DNA of 63,086 bases, counting the filler, from Choristocarpus tenellus KU-1152 (Eukaryota > Protista > Phaeophyceae), in NCBI GenBank assembly GCA_964200185.2. It is 12 parts of 12 records of this genome, joined end to end, with 100 filler letters (N's around TTAATTAATTAA, not from the genome) between each part and the next. Parts side by side here need not be neighbours in the genome. Positions count along the whole stretch, not along the records: positions 43,881 to 51,557 come from CAXNAD020005771.1; positions 51,658 to 56,457 come from CAXNAD020013015.1; positions 56,558 to 59,901 come from CAXNAD020020673.1; positions 60,002 to 63,086 come from CAXNAD020022429.1; 8 more parts are not named here. The stretch is one strand, 5' to 3'. Position numbers and translations under genes: made by a program. The notes beneath the pieces were generated by a model. That model was not told the DNA's origin. It made no database searches and worked only from the letters and a program-made list of their open reading frames with translations. Numbering within the stretch: position 1 is the stretch's first letter; each line of letters begins with the position of its first letter. Below, piece by piece: positions 47,596-60,024 of this stretch.

Positions 47596-50500
47596 TAATC
47601 CTCCACCAGCGGCATCTATAGCATGTAAGGGGCATGAACAACGGACAAGTTTCCACATGTACAGCCAAGTGCTTCACGACAGAACCACACATGTGGGGTC
47701 GTCATCACTCTTGAGCTCGATGAAGTTCGCATGCTCAAGGTGCAAGTGCTTGAGGTCCTCCTATGTGGGTGTGAGACACACGATGGACACTCCACCAGGT
47801 CCACTATGTGAACCTATAATCTCATCATCACATATTTGTCCTATGGCTGCATCGGATTTTGGAAACAGGAACGCACTGATCGCACACAGTTGTCCTAGAA
47901 AGATGTCCTTGTGAAGACTGGGTGTTATAAGGTATGGAACCGACTGTGCGAGAACGAAGGGTCTTGTGTTTGCAGGTTTAGTTGCGCGCACGGGGGAATG
48001 AGCAACCACCAAAGCCGTTGATGTTAGGGGAACTTGCACCGATGGAAAGCGGAAGCAAGGCGGACAAACGAGAAGAACTATCTGGTGGGAGTGTGTGCCT
48101 GCGAGGCGACCTCAAAAAACTTGGATCACGGATGAGGGATGGAATACCACTGTGGCAACCCGAGCAATACAGGTGGTACAAGTATGCGGTTGGTGGAACA
48201 AGGAGCATTGCAGACGAGAGGTATGCCAGAGATGCTTTGATAGCTGAAGTACTTCGTTCTACTGGAGCATTAGCCAAGGCAGCCCGAGCAGATCAGGTCA
48301 GGGCACGTGCACACTCACCACTGCGTGCTGTGCGTGGTTTTTCTCCTTGTCTCTTTCGTGGTGGGTTGATTATTTTTTCCCATTTTTCCTCCTTGTCCCT
48401 GTAGGACCTGGTCGTGTTGACGACGTTGATGACGTCCCATCCCAGCTAGCAAGTTCTAGTACGCTCTGTCTGGGATATTTCTCTTGGCCGCCCTTCCTGC
48501 CCAATAGCGTATTTAGCTTTTCCACTTATTTTTCTTCTTCTGTACACATTTGTACTGTATTTGATGCATTTGATTATGCAATATTTTGCGTTGCATTTTC
48601 TCCAGTAATGTGCTACTGTCATTCTTCTCGCTTGTAAAAGTTAACTGCTCCTTGACCACGGGCTTGGGATCCCTCAAACTTATGCACACACGTGAAAGAT
48701 AATACATTCTAGTAATAATGATCCGCAGAATTAAACGAGAGGTACCCAGGACGATGTCGACATACGTGCAGAATTATTATTTTTGTACAGATACGTATAA
48801 AAACCTTGTCTGATTCTGTTGAAAAATTTCTAACCGCAGAGAAATTGACGTTCTCAAGTCGATGTTAGCACTCCAACATTAGAAATAAGGGTGAATTGAA
48901 ACAGATGAAATATATGTGGCTTAAAATGCAAGACGACAAAACATGAGAACCTCTTATTTACTTTGGCTCGAAATAGTAACATTAAACAAGAATTGGTGTA
49001 TTGGAAGGGCTTAGTTCTAAAAGATACACGTTCGATTTTTGTGTTTCATATTGTATTGTATGCCTTGTGTGTTGCTTCTTGTCCTTCCCCTTGACAACAT
49101 CTGCTAAAATGGTAACGGGAGTACTAGCATATACAAGCCACAGAGTCACACCCTTCGGGCTGGCCCATTCCAGTGAGTTCCCTGGATCGGCGTATTGAAA
49201 CGTGCATTGCCTGGGAACCTACTGACCATCCGACCTAGACTGCAATTGCATTGGCCATACCCACTGTTGAACTATCCCACACTGGACCCACGGCTGTTAT
49301 GGTGCTTTAATGAAGGACAAAGAACAGCTTGATGTAGATGAACAAAGTTAGTATTACAAGGGTCTTTATGGTCTCGATTCCGCTGACTGAGCATGTGGAT
49401 GAGACTAGCCTAAACTACCATATTATTATTCTACAGTGTGGGGTTTGTAATCGTCCACACTAATTTACTATGAATAACATATTTACTTGTCTTAAGTATA
49501 GGAAGTGTATCTTGAATATGATATAAAAACCAATCAACACTATGAGTCAGTACATATAATATATATGTCACTGGCTCTCCATCCTATTATCTAATCCACC
49601 GGTGGTGTCTATGTGTATCAGCAGCACTATCTACGAACACCCACCTCTGACACAGATATCTTGAACCACCCTGTCCATGTTGTACAGTTTGTGACTAATC
49701 GGACACAGTGTAGTACCGCAATACTTAGGGAGTCCCTTACGATGTGCACATGCATATGCCTGTATTCGTATATGTCATTCCCTCGTTCCCAAGAAAATTG
49801 AAAGCAAAGATTCCAAGTTGTTTTAACCTAGCAAGCTACTCATTTCTACTACGATATTGTTGATTTGCGAAATGGGTAGTTCCCATTTGGTGATAACCCT
49901 TCTTCATAAAAGAACAAAACTACAAATTATTGGTCTACCAAATATATACCACTGCTACTGCTGCTACTACTACTATCACTACTACTACACAACTACTCAT
50001 AATACTCCTACTACAACTACTACCTCTACTTCAACTACGAATACCACTACTACCACTACAGTTAATGAATTCGGGTCATAAATCAGACTGAACGCTGCAA
50101 AGAGAGTGGTAAACCCTCCTACAGTCAAAAGGCGGCATAACTTTGTCTTAACGTTAACAAAGCACAAATACTTGGATATCGATGTCTACTTGTAGTCTAT
50201 AGTAGTGGGTGTTCCGCATGATGGAAACCCATCTCCACAAAAACATGTACAGCATATATTATCCATACCAAAAATGAGCGAAAATTGTCGTAGTGCAAGG
50301 AAATAAAGTCTTCTCCCCAACTCGGTAAAATCTTTTTCTCTCAGGATGGCGAGGTGTTGTGGTGTAAATATAATGTCCGACTGGATCTCATGTTATCCTG
50401 AGTTAAACGTAAACCAACTATGGAACCACGCAATGAATGGCAGGGAGGGTGCTGCCTGTGGGCAAGGATCAGGAACCTCCACACTGTGGATATTATATTG

Positions 50501-50977
50501 GGCTGGTTTCATGATCGATTCCTTTAATATTTTTCTCTCAAACTACTGGTCTTCTATTGTGATGACCACAGTACGGCCTGGTTGCCTTGATGTAGCTTCG
50601 AATAGAGCTCAAAATGGAGCTACTTCCTATCCAAAATGTAGGCAATGCCCGCATCGAGGTGAGTCTAATACCCCCCATCAATGCATCAGCCTGTCCGGTG
50701 CTCTCCCAGTCACCACACACCTCCTTGCCGCAATGGTCTGTCCATTACAAGTGAAACAGACCGCGGTAATAATCAAGTGACTATATATATACACAGATGT
50801 AGCAATACAGTGATCAGGAGTCCAGGCAAGCAGCGACACACATAGGAGCACAAATTGTAGCGGCAAGAAACACTACTACAGGAACAAGGTGAGCTACTAA
50901 GGCACTCTGGAGTGTGCAGGAGCAGGGAGCAGTAGTTTCTTGACCCTCTAACACAGGCAGGCCATATTCACACCTTT

Positions 50978-51012
<35 letters not shown>

Positions 51013-51161
51013 GAAAAATATCTTACTCAAACTTACATCGCAAAAAGCACTAATATTGTAATATTGTCATTTCTTCACGCAATGTGCCACTTTAATAAAC
51101 AAGAGTGGAAACATCGATTTATACATTGGAGGTGAGGAGGCCGGTGCATGCCGTTGCTGGT

Positions 51162-51196
<35 letters not shown>

Positions 51197-51350
51197 TTTA
51201 CACTGGAGTACAATATATGCCGTATCAAGATGTTTATCACTACCTACAAGGGGATCATCATACACGATGCTCAAGAGACATTGCTTGTTGTATCATGCCT
51301 CCCTCAATAACACCTGCCCGAAAGATGTACAACAAGTAAGAACGTGATTA

Positions 51351-51526
51351 GGTTCAAAGTATCTGCGGGGGTGGTGGTGGCTATCCATTTGGGGCCAATA
51401 TTTCAATGTCACGATTTTTGGATGATTTGGTTGCATACATCGGATGGATAATTTAAGTGCACTTTTCCTTGTTATGGCCCAAATCGACACCCTGGTGTAG
51501 ACCCCCCCCCCCAGATACTTTGGGCC
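51351..51526. mobile_element. Complete family-A MITE
   Basis: TTA|GGTTCAAAGTATCTG ... CAGATACTTTGGGCC|TTA. Confidence 0.93.
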
Positions 51527-51769
51527 TTAGAAGTCAAAACACATTCATTTTAGGCGGNNNNNNNNNNNNNNNNNNNNNNNNNNNNNNNNNNNNNNNNNNN
51601 NTTAATTAATTAANNNNNNNNNNNNNNNNNNNNNNNNNNNNNNNNNNNNNNNNNNNNTATGTATGTATACCCTTGTTGGCCGTATCTGATTAGGAGAGGA
51701 TATCTACTTGGAAGCATCACACCATCAGCACACACTTGAGCTTTTCCAACAATTGTATCCTACACAAAA

Positions 51770-52180
51770 TTATAATATATTGTAGTATAGTATAATATAA
51801 TATATTATAATACAGTATGGTATAGTATTGTACAAAAAAGTACAGTAAAGTAAACATAGTATAGTACAATATAGTATAGTAAACACAGTATAGTAAATAT
51901 AATATAATATAGTATAGTATAGTATAGTATAGTGCATCTAGAGACATATAGTTAGAACAGTATAATATAGTCAGTACAGCATAGTATAGTACAATATAGT
52001 ACAGTTTAGAACAATATAGTATAGTGTAGTATAGTAAAATATAGTAAAGTATAATACAACATAGTATAGTACAGCATAGTATAGTACAATATAGTAGAGT
52101 ATAATACAATATAGTGTAGTATAGTGTAGTATAGTATAGTATTATACAATATATTATAGTATAGTATAGTATTATTTAGT
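51770..52180. repeat. Degenerate (TATAG)n satellite
   Basis: Pentamer periodicity of ATAGT variants. Confidence 0.9.
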
Positions 52181-52592
52181 CTATTCACCCATCACTACTG
52201 TGGCTCTATGACTGCCTTGCTTAAAGTGTCTTCTCCATCTGACATAATAATATCTACTATGTATATATATATATACATAGTATTTTGGTAATATCACTCT
52301 TGAAGGTATATCTTTTGTGTCGTTGCCTGACCTAATAATACCTATGTATAATATCACTTGGTAATAACACTCTTGAAGGTATACCTTTTTTGTCCTCACC
52401 TGACCTACTAGTACTGACTATGTAGTTCTTGGTACTAGCACTCTTAAAAGGTGTACCTCTGTTTTTCCCTTTTAATTAGTTTGATTCAACGGTGTACTGT
52501 TAATTAGTTTGTTCAAGAGGTTCACATTCATCTCAAGAGATTTGGTGTTTGTGTGGTACATCAAAACCATCACAAATGTGTGCATTGCTTCC

Positions 52593-52635
<43 letters not shown>

Positions 52636-52660
52636 GTTATTATTATTATTATTATTATTA

Positions 52661-52695
<35 letters not shown>

Positions 52696-52716
52696 GTTAT
52701 TATTATATTATTATTA

Positions 52717-52750
<34 letters not shown>
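52593..52750. repeat. (TAT)n microsatellite
   Basis: Read directly. Confidence 0.97.
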
Positions 52751-53252
52751 AATGTGCGTAACATACAGCAAACAGATCAGCACGACCACAATTTGACTAT
52801 GAAACCGAAAACCAATTATGGTATGATGCATCAGGTTATACCATCATCGGTACAAAGGCGGGGTTCTCTCTAACTCAGACCAATCAAAACTGCCAAGAAC
52901 CCAATATGTAGTGAGCGGCGATCTCCTATTGGTCAGTGTAGAAGCGTCTGCCCATGCTAATTAACTCGACCTGCCCAGTCTCTTCTTTTTTTGACTAAGA
53001 ATTCGCTAAGTATTGATATTTTTTGGACACTTGTTACGATAACAATACATACTTTTTGCGCTATTTATTTATGGGTAAATTAGTTATTCCGGCGGCGTGC
53101 TTATCGAAATTGTTGTGGATGGTGATCTATGGGATGTACCACCCCTTGGTGGACTGCAAAGGGTTAAGGGCAGTAGTAGCCCCATTGAGGAAATGAACAA
53201 TATAGCCAGTTTCTTTTTTGGTTGTGATTGCTTTGTGTCCGGTAACCGGAGG

Positions 53253-53436
53253 ACTGCCCTTGTGGTATATGGATTTTGATTATGTGTAGTTTATTTTTTA
53301 TTTTTTATGTATATTTGGAGACATGCACATTTTTGGATTTATTTACTGCCCTTGTGGTATATGGATTTTGATTATGTGTAGTTTATTTTTTATTTTTTAT
53401 GTATATTTGAAGACATGCACATTTTTGGATTTATTT
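53253..53436. repeat. Tandem duplication, 2 x about 92 bp
   Basis: ACTGCCCTTGTGGTATATGG... begins at both 53253 and 53345. Confidence 0.92.
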
Positions 53437-53804
53437 ATTTATTTTTGTTTCCTTACGGATTAGTGTCGGCAATAATGCCTCCCAAGTATATACATACATA
53501 TGTATTTATATATATATGTATTGATGAGTGAAATGGTCATCAGATCGTTTTTTCTGTTTGGTGAATGTTGGATTCGTAGAAGCACTTAACCTTGAACCCT
53601 AACCCTAACCCTAACTTGTTTTTTGGTTGTTGGATGCTCTCTAATGCACAAGGGGCTTTTCTATTGAGAACAGTGAATTGGTTGATGAGAGACAGTTACA
53701 GTTACAGTTACAGTTACAATGTTCTGAATCGTATTTCATTTTTTTTTTGAAAGGTTACCTTTCATTTTATTCTTAAAAACAAAACAAAAACATTCATACA
53801 TACA

Positions 53805-53840
<36 letters not shown>

Positions 53841-53967
53841 TTCCTTTTTTGATGTTGACTTGCGAAGCTATGTGTCCTACCCCATCAACCTCGATACAAC
53901 ATATATGACTCCACACGCACCTCCCTCCCCCCTCTCCACATGCACCTTTCTAATCGGGAACATACAG

Positions 53968-56358
53968 ATATGCTGTGGACACAAAAACGCTCCCAGAGAG
54001 GTGGAAAACCTTTTTCAGCAACGCCAACGATAACACCAATGAAGGCGTTATTCACCAGACCAGACCATGGTGTTCTGTGCAGTTTCATCCAGAGGCTGCT
54101 GGGGGTCCCATGGACACTGCCTTCCTTTTTGAGTCTTTTATCGATGTGAGTGGGAAAGAGGGAAAAATAAATAAATAAATATATATATATATATATACAT
54201 TAAAAAAAGGGTTTAAATATTTTTATTTATTTATGTTTTGTTGTGGTTTGTATTGTTTGAAATAGAGAGAAGGTAGAATAAAATAAATAGAATAAAATAA
54301 ATAGAATAGAATAAAATAAAATAAAATAAGTAGGATTGCTTGGTGGGGTGATATTTTTGAGAAGTAGAGACGGACAGGTGGATAAAATTTTTGTTTTTGG
54401 AAGATGATATAATTTTTATGATAATGTATTGAATTATTTTTTTGTTTAAATTAAATTTTTATGATTTTTTTTTCGATATTATTTTTTTTGAGATAATTGT
54501 TTCTTCTTGTGTGTGTGTGTGTGTTTTTTTTTCAAAAGAGTTGACATTTGTAAAATACTAAAATATTTTATAAAGTTGAAATATTGTTCATTTTATAAAA
54601 TAAATTAAAATACTTGCAGAAGTAAATAGTTGGTGCATGTTGGACACTGCTATTGGTTGTTCTAGTTGTACGCAGTAAGATAGTACTGAGTGTGTTATTG
54701 TGTTACTATCTATAGTACTTACTGAGTGTGTTATTGTGTTGCTATCTATTGTACTTACTGAGTGTGTTATTGGGTTACTATCTATTGTACTTGCTGAGTA
54801 TGTTATTGTGTTGCTATCTATAGTATTGAGTGTGTTACTGTTGTACTATCTATGGTCTCCTGGATAATATATTTTACTTTTGATTGAGGTGCTGCAACGG
54901 TAGGGTTTGTAGTTTGATTGTGGGTATCGCATGATTGGTTGATATTGTAGTCAGTTAATTTTGTAGTTAATTTTGTAGTTAGTTTATTTTTTAGTCAGTT
55001 AATTTTTTAGTTAGTTAAATTTGTAGTTAGTTAATTTTGTAGTTAGGCCTTTGCCGTAGAGGCAGTGTGTGTATGATAGATACAGTTGCAATCTCCTACA
55101 TTCTGCTCATTCCTGTTTGGTGTTTTTGTTTATTATGCTAGTGTTTTTTTTTATTGGATAGGCGTGTTTGCTGGATAGTAATATATACTAATACAGTGAA
55201 GCATTCCTTTTTATATTTTTGCTGTAGATGACAATTAGTTGATGTGCACTTATTATATTAATTCTTACACTTATTATAATTCCTATACTTTCTATACTTA
55301 ATTGTATTAATGATTATTCTTATTATAATTCCTATACTTCCTATACTTATTGTATTAATGATTATTCTTATTATAATTCCTATACTTCCTATACTTATTG
55401 TATTAATGATTATTCTTATTATAATTCCTATTCTTATTGTACTACTTATTATGCTAATTATAATTCCTTTTCTTCCTATTCTTATTGTACTACTTATTAT
55501 GCTAATTATAATTCCTTTTCTTCCTATTCTTATTGTACTACTTATTATGCGTATTATAATTCCTATACTTCCTATACTTCCTGTACTTCTTTTACTTACT
55601 ATACACCTTTCACATGTTTTGTGTTCTCTCTTTTTAAAAATAAATCCTTGTGTGGTACATACACTCTACAGCCTATTGTCATGTTTTGTGTGCAAAATAA
55701 GAACCCACCACCAAGACTAAGGTGTCATTGTTTACAGAAGAGAGGTCAATGAGAGTTAATTTGGTTCACACCTGTTGATCAAAGGACCTTTTTTGGTGAT
55801 GCTATAACTTCCAATCTGATTTTTATATCATTTTATTTTATTTTATTTATCATTAACATGAGCGCGTGCACTTCAAATTAAAAAAAAAATGTGAATAGAA
55901 TATTGTTAGGGTTTAACTTCTATGTGATTGCTACTGCTGTCGATGTGCACGCATTACTTTAATTTTTTTATTAATTTTTTTATTGCCTTTGATATCGGAA
56001 TTAATGATTTGTTTTTTTTGTTTTTTGTTTTATTTGTTTTATTTTTTGTTTATAATTTATTTTGGACTCTTGATTGGTCAATTTCTCTTCTTCACGGTAG
56101 CGGTATGAGAAGCATCTGCTGGTTAAATTAAAAATTTAAATTACAAAAATGTTCGCATTTAAAAAAAATTATTATTATTATTTTATTTTATTTTATTTTA
56201 TTTTTGGGTATTGGCAGGTGGTTTGCGGAATGCCACCGAAGCTAACTTTGCTGGAGCCACATCTGTTTGAACAAAGAAATATCAAGAAAGTTTTACTACT
56301 TGGCTCTGGAGGCCTTAGCATTGGACAGGCTGGGGAGTTTGACTATAGTGGATCGCAG
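53968..56358 (+). CDS. Two internal exons (53968-54145, 56218-56358) of a fused glutaminase + synthetase carbamoyl-phosphate synthetase
   Basis: [31 protein letters not shown] (end of GATase) splices in phase 0 to ..[25 protein letters not shown] (start of the CPS large domain). Canonical AG/GT sites. Confidence 0.93.
54685..54850. repeat. 36-bp minisatellite (about 4.5 copies) in the CPS intron
   Basis: ACTGAGTGTGTTATTGTGTTACTATCTATAGTACTT at 54685, 54721, 54757 and onward. Confidence 0.9.
55250..55600. repeat. About 48-bp AT-rich minisatellite in the CPS intron
   Basis: Repeats of TTATTATAATTCCTATACTTCCTATACTTATTGTATTAATGATTATTC and variants. Confidence 0.9.
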
Positions 56359-56780
56359 GTATGACAGGATTACATACCTGGGGGGGGGGGGGGGGTTGTT
56401 TTGGTTTTTTTGGGGGGGAAAGGGGGTGGGGTTCATTTGTTTTTTTTTTGTTGGGTGNNNNNNNNNNNNNNNNNNNNNNNNNNNNNNNNNNNNNNNNNNN
56501 NTTAATTAATTAANNNNNNNNNNNNNNNNNNNNNNNNNNNNNNNNNNNNNNNNNNNNCCTTTTACGTCCCCCCTCACGCAGCGAAACGGTGGACATGGAG
56601 AAGTGCACGTGGGTCTCGGCGTGGTTGCACATTATACAGACACACAAGTCGTCTCTGCGTGTTTGTTTTCGCGTTGGTTTGCACATAGGTCTTGGCTGCT
56701 TGTACATCATGTGGATTGCTCGTCCCTTGTGCGTCATTCTATGTCGTTTTTTGGAGGTTTCCATGGGCCATGGAACTTAG

Positions 56781-59089
56781 TGTTTTGACGTCTACCCTCC
56801 TTCCACGAGATGCATCTGATGAGTCTGGCGTTGTGGAGGGTACGGCTGGTACCCTTTGATCGCCTGGACGAGTTCGCCTTCCGCAATGCGCCAAAGCTCG
56901 CCATAGTGTCCATTGCCGCCGAGCCAAGACTCCTCAACGGCGAAGAGGCGACCAACACGCACTTGCGCCAGGTGCTTAAGTGCTTGCGGGTGAAGATACA
57001 TCCTCAGGGCACCATCGCGCTCATTGTGCCCCACCCGTGGATGGCGCAAATACACCGCCTAGGCAGTGAGTTGCAGAGTTCGCAAGTGCTGGAATACAGG
57101 GTATATTGTGGGAGACTGTTGCGATCCGCCATGGCCGTTATCATTCCGTCCGTGTGCCCATCGAATATTGTGCGGCCGTTCAGGAGATGTGCATTAGGTT
57201 ATGTGTCTTTCTTTTTCACTTTCCTCATGTTGTTTCAGTCCTTCGTACCTTCTACTTCCTTTGGTGTCTCTTGCTCTTTCCCCCGGGTCCTTCGTAGTTC
57301 TTTGTTTCATTGTACGCGAATCGCATGCTGGTGTTACTCGTCTTCACTACATTGTTTTTGCCATATATACTTCTATTATTACTTAATTTCCTATTGTTTG
57401 CATTTTTTGCATTTGTTATTTGCCTTGCGTTCCACACTCATTGTACTATTATAATGTTAGTGGTATGAGATTTCATGAATCCCTACGATAACCACTTGTG
57501 TGATGTCTCTGTCGAGTTTGACGCATGCCGGACCCACGCGCTCGCTCCCGCCTTCTATTCATTCAGAGGCTCCTATGGCGTCGAAGGTGGACTTGATTGT
57601 CAAGGACCATCCCCTAACCATCTCAGATGTTGTCAGGACATTATTATTTTTGTGCACAACGATGGGACAATGTTCACATGCAACAAGCGAGTAACCGTCG
57701 ACGACATCTTTGGCCACGGGCGTGATGCATCTCCTTCGGTACTCCAAACCATGTTGGACGTCAAGTACGAAAGTGCTGCAACGGACATCCCCATGAGGGC
57801 CCTCCACTTCCACGTTAACAGGTTCATTAATAACGTAACACACACCCTTCTTAACAGAAGCAACGACTTTTTTTGCGTAGGTGTAGGAGATCGTTAAACA
57901 GTAACAGAACGAGCTGGGTGACGGTTCAGGGGCGTCAAACCATCCCACGAATGTGTTGTCCTGTATCGGAACGTTACTCATACATTGCGATATGATGAAT
58001 CCGTGCGCAATACAATGTACTCCTCGAGATAATTGACGAACTGCCCTCCTATGATAGGTACACAAATGCTGGGGACACCGTGGTCTCCTTCAGCGCAGAG
58101 AGGCACAACGTGGTGGAGGCGGCCCTTGAATGGAGCAGGAGGGTGGAGGTGTTCGTGTCCAACGCGGCGTCAAAGGACAAGGTGAAAGAGAAGATGGACA
58201 CGTCCTGCGGCCAGGCCTACAAGGACGGCAAGTGGAAGGTAAGAAGGGTGTGCTGGCTTTTTTTTCCATTGCTTTCCAACTTGTTGTCTGTCTTCGTTCC
58301 CTATGGATAGGTCTCAGGCGTGCGATTGTACCAGTGATGTTTCCTTGTCGATGCTTACACGTTGCTAACACGGTGCACGCAGTTACCCACACCACCGCTT
58401 GAAATCGCGAGTCCCCAAGACTTTGGTGTGAGCGTTGGTACGTAGTAATGTCCTCCTGCCCCACACGAACAAAAAACAAATGTGCTGCAGTACGCCACAA
58501 CATCTTTGACCAACGCCGGAATAACCCCTACATACGTGACGAATCCTTATCGCATAGCTAACCCACTTCACTGCCACATTGTTGGGCTGTCACATGTACG
58601 CACATGATGTTCCAGGTATCCACGTCTCTTGTTCAAGAACGCGTGATAGGCCCTTCCTGCCTTCCGGAAGCCTTGGGGCAGACCCTCGTCCCAACAGAGC
58701 CGCAGCAATGTTTTGCTGAGGCCGTCAATCCTTAGGGAAAGGCAATGGGACGCGATGAGGCGACCATTTTCGTTTCGAAGACGGTGGCGACGGACTTCGG
58801 CTACCAGATCGAGGTGAATGTGGTATAGAATGCACTAAGTTACATATTTTGTGAAGAACGAACGGCAGAGTTTAGTTACCGGCACGCAGAATAAACTTTT
58901 TTTTAATTCCCAAGTCCTAACCTATCTAATGCAGCACCCAAATACATCGCGTAGAAAACTATGGGCCTTGCAGGTGTAAGTATTGCATCGGTAGTGTGTT
59001 GAACCTTTTGCACCAATAAGGTTGCCGTTTTTGCACCACCTTCGGACGATATTACCTCCAAATCACGAACATTCATGAATCACCGAACT

Positions 59090-59125
<36 letters not shown>

Positions 59126-59901
59126 ACCCCCCCCCCCCCCTTTTTTTCCCCCAAATTTAACCCCCGGTAACCNNNNNNNNNNCCCCCCCAACACCCCTCG
59201 ACCCCACCCAACCCCACCGCCGTCTTTGTCTTCCGCAATATTCAGCCGCGTGTAAGCTCGTCCTCGAATTCCGCGGAAATGGCCTTATTCCCGCTTGAAG
59301 GGAAATACTACAAAGTCGGCGGAAATGACCTCCCTGCGTGGGGTGATCTCCAAGTGTGCAACTCTCGATCAAAGGCCTTCCGTTCGATCTCTCTTGAAGA
59401 CCAAGAAGAACAGTACATTCGTCTGCTTCATGTGGCCAACAACAGACAGCTCAAGCGCATGCTTTCGCCTGGAATGGAGGTGTGTGGGCCGGTCGCAGAG
59501 CTCTACTTGCACGTGGCAGCCACTTGCCCTCTCTACTACATGTGTTGGACTGAGAAGGCAGACAACACCAACATTGAATTCACGTCAAAAGTGCCACAGA
59601 GCGGAAGCCGTCACCAGGTCCTCCTCCCCTTCTCCCAGGTTGGCCCCGGACAGATGTTCGTCATGCCCTTGGTCGGGAGGGTGTGCAAACCCCGGGCAAA
59701 GAATGACACCAGATCACCATTCAACGCACTCCCGGATCTTAGGGTAGTGGGTTCGAAGTGCTGGATTCGGACTCGGACTTGACGCCAATGACCACTAGAA
59801 AGCGCAAGTGTCCCTCTTCCCCCACGGGTGGAAAGGGTAAAGGTCGCAAGGTATGGAGGGGTGTCGGTGATTCTGCCATGGAAGACGACCCGGAGTATGT
59901 C
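56781..59901 (+). pseudogene. Spliced gene (exons about 56781-57197, 57567-57821, 58058-58238, 58616-58813, 59246-59901+) for a degenerate beta-class N4/N6 DNA methyltransferase-like + SET-like protein; frameshifts and one stop
   Basis: Four GT-AG introns join in phase (2,2,0,0); GC-rich exons; in-frame TAG at 58733. Domain identity rests on manual motif alignment only. Confidence 0.55.
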
Positions 59902-60024
59902 NNNNNNNNNNNNNNNNNNNNNNNNNNNNNNNNNNNNNNNNNNNNTTAATTAATTAANNNNNNNNNNNNNNNNNNNNNNNNNNNNNNNNNNNNNNNNNNN
60001 NGGTTTCAACAGGCCGTTCCTCAT

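Noticed and set aside
51717-52188. Tyr-rich ORFs
   Set aside because: Translations of a (TATAG)n satellite.
52509-52796. Poly-Tyr/Ile/Leu ORFs
   Set aside because: Translations of a (TAT)n microsatellite.
55310-55720. Hydrophobic 136-aa 'membrane protein' ORF
   Set aside because: Translation of an intronic minisatellite.
4642-60001. Regularly recurring TTAATTAATTAA within N runs, as a CRISPR-like or biological repeat
   Set aside because: Fixed 44N-12-44N format with six-frame stops marks an artificial linker. No operon or synteny inference across it is valid.
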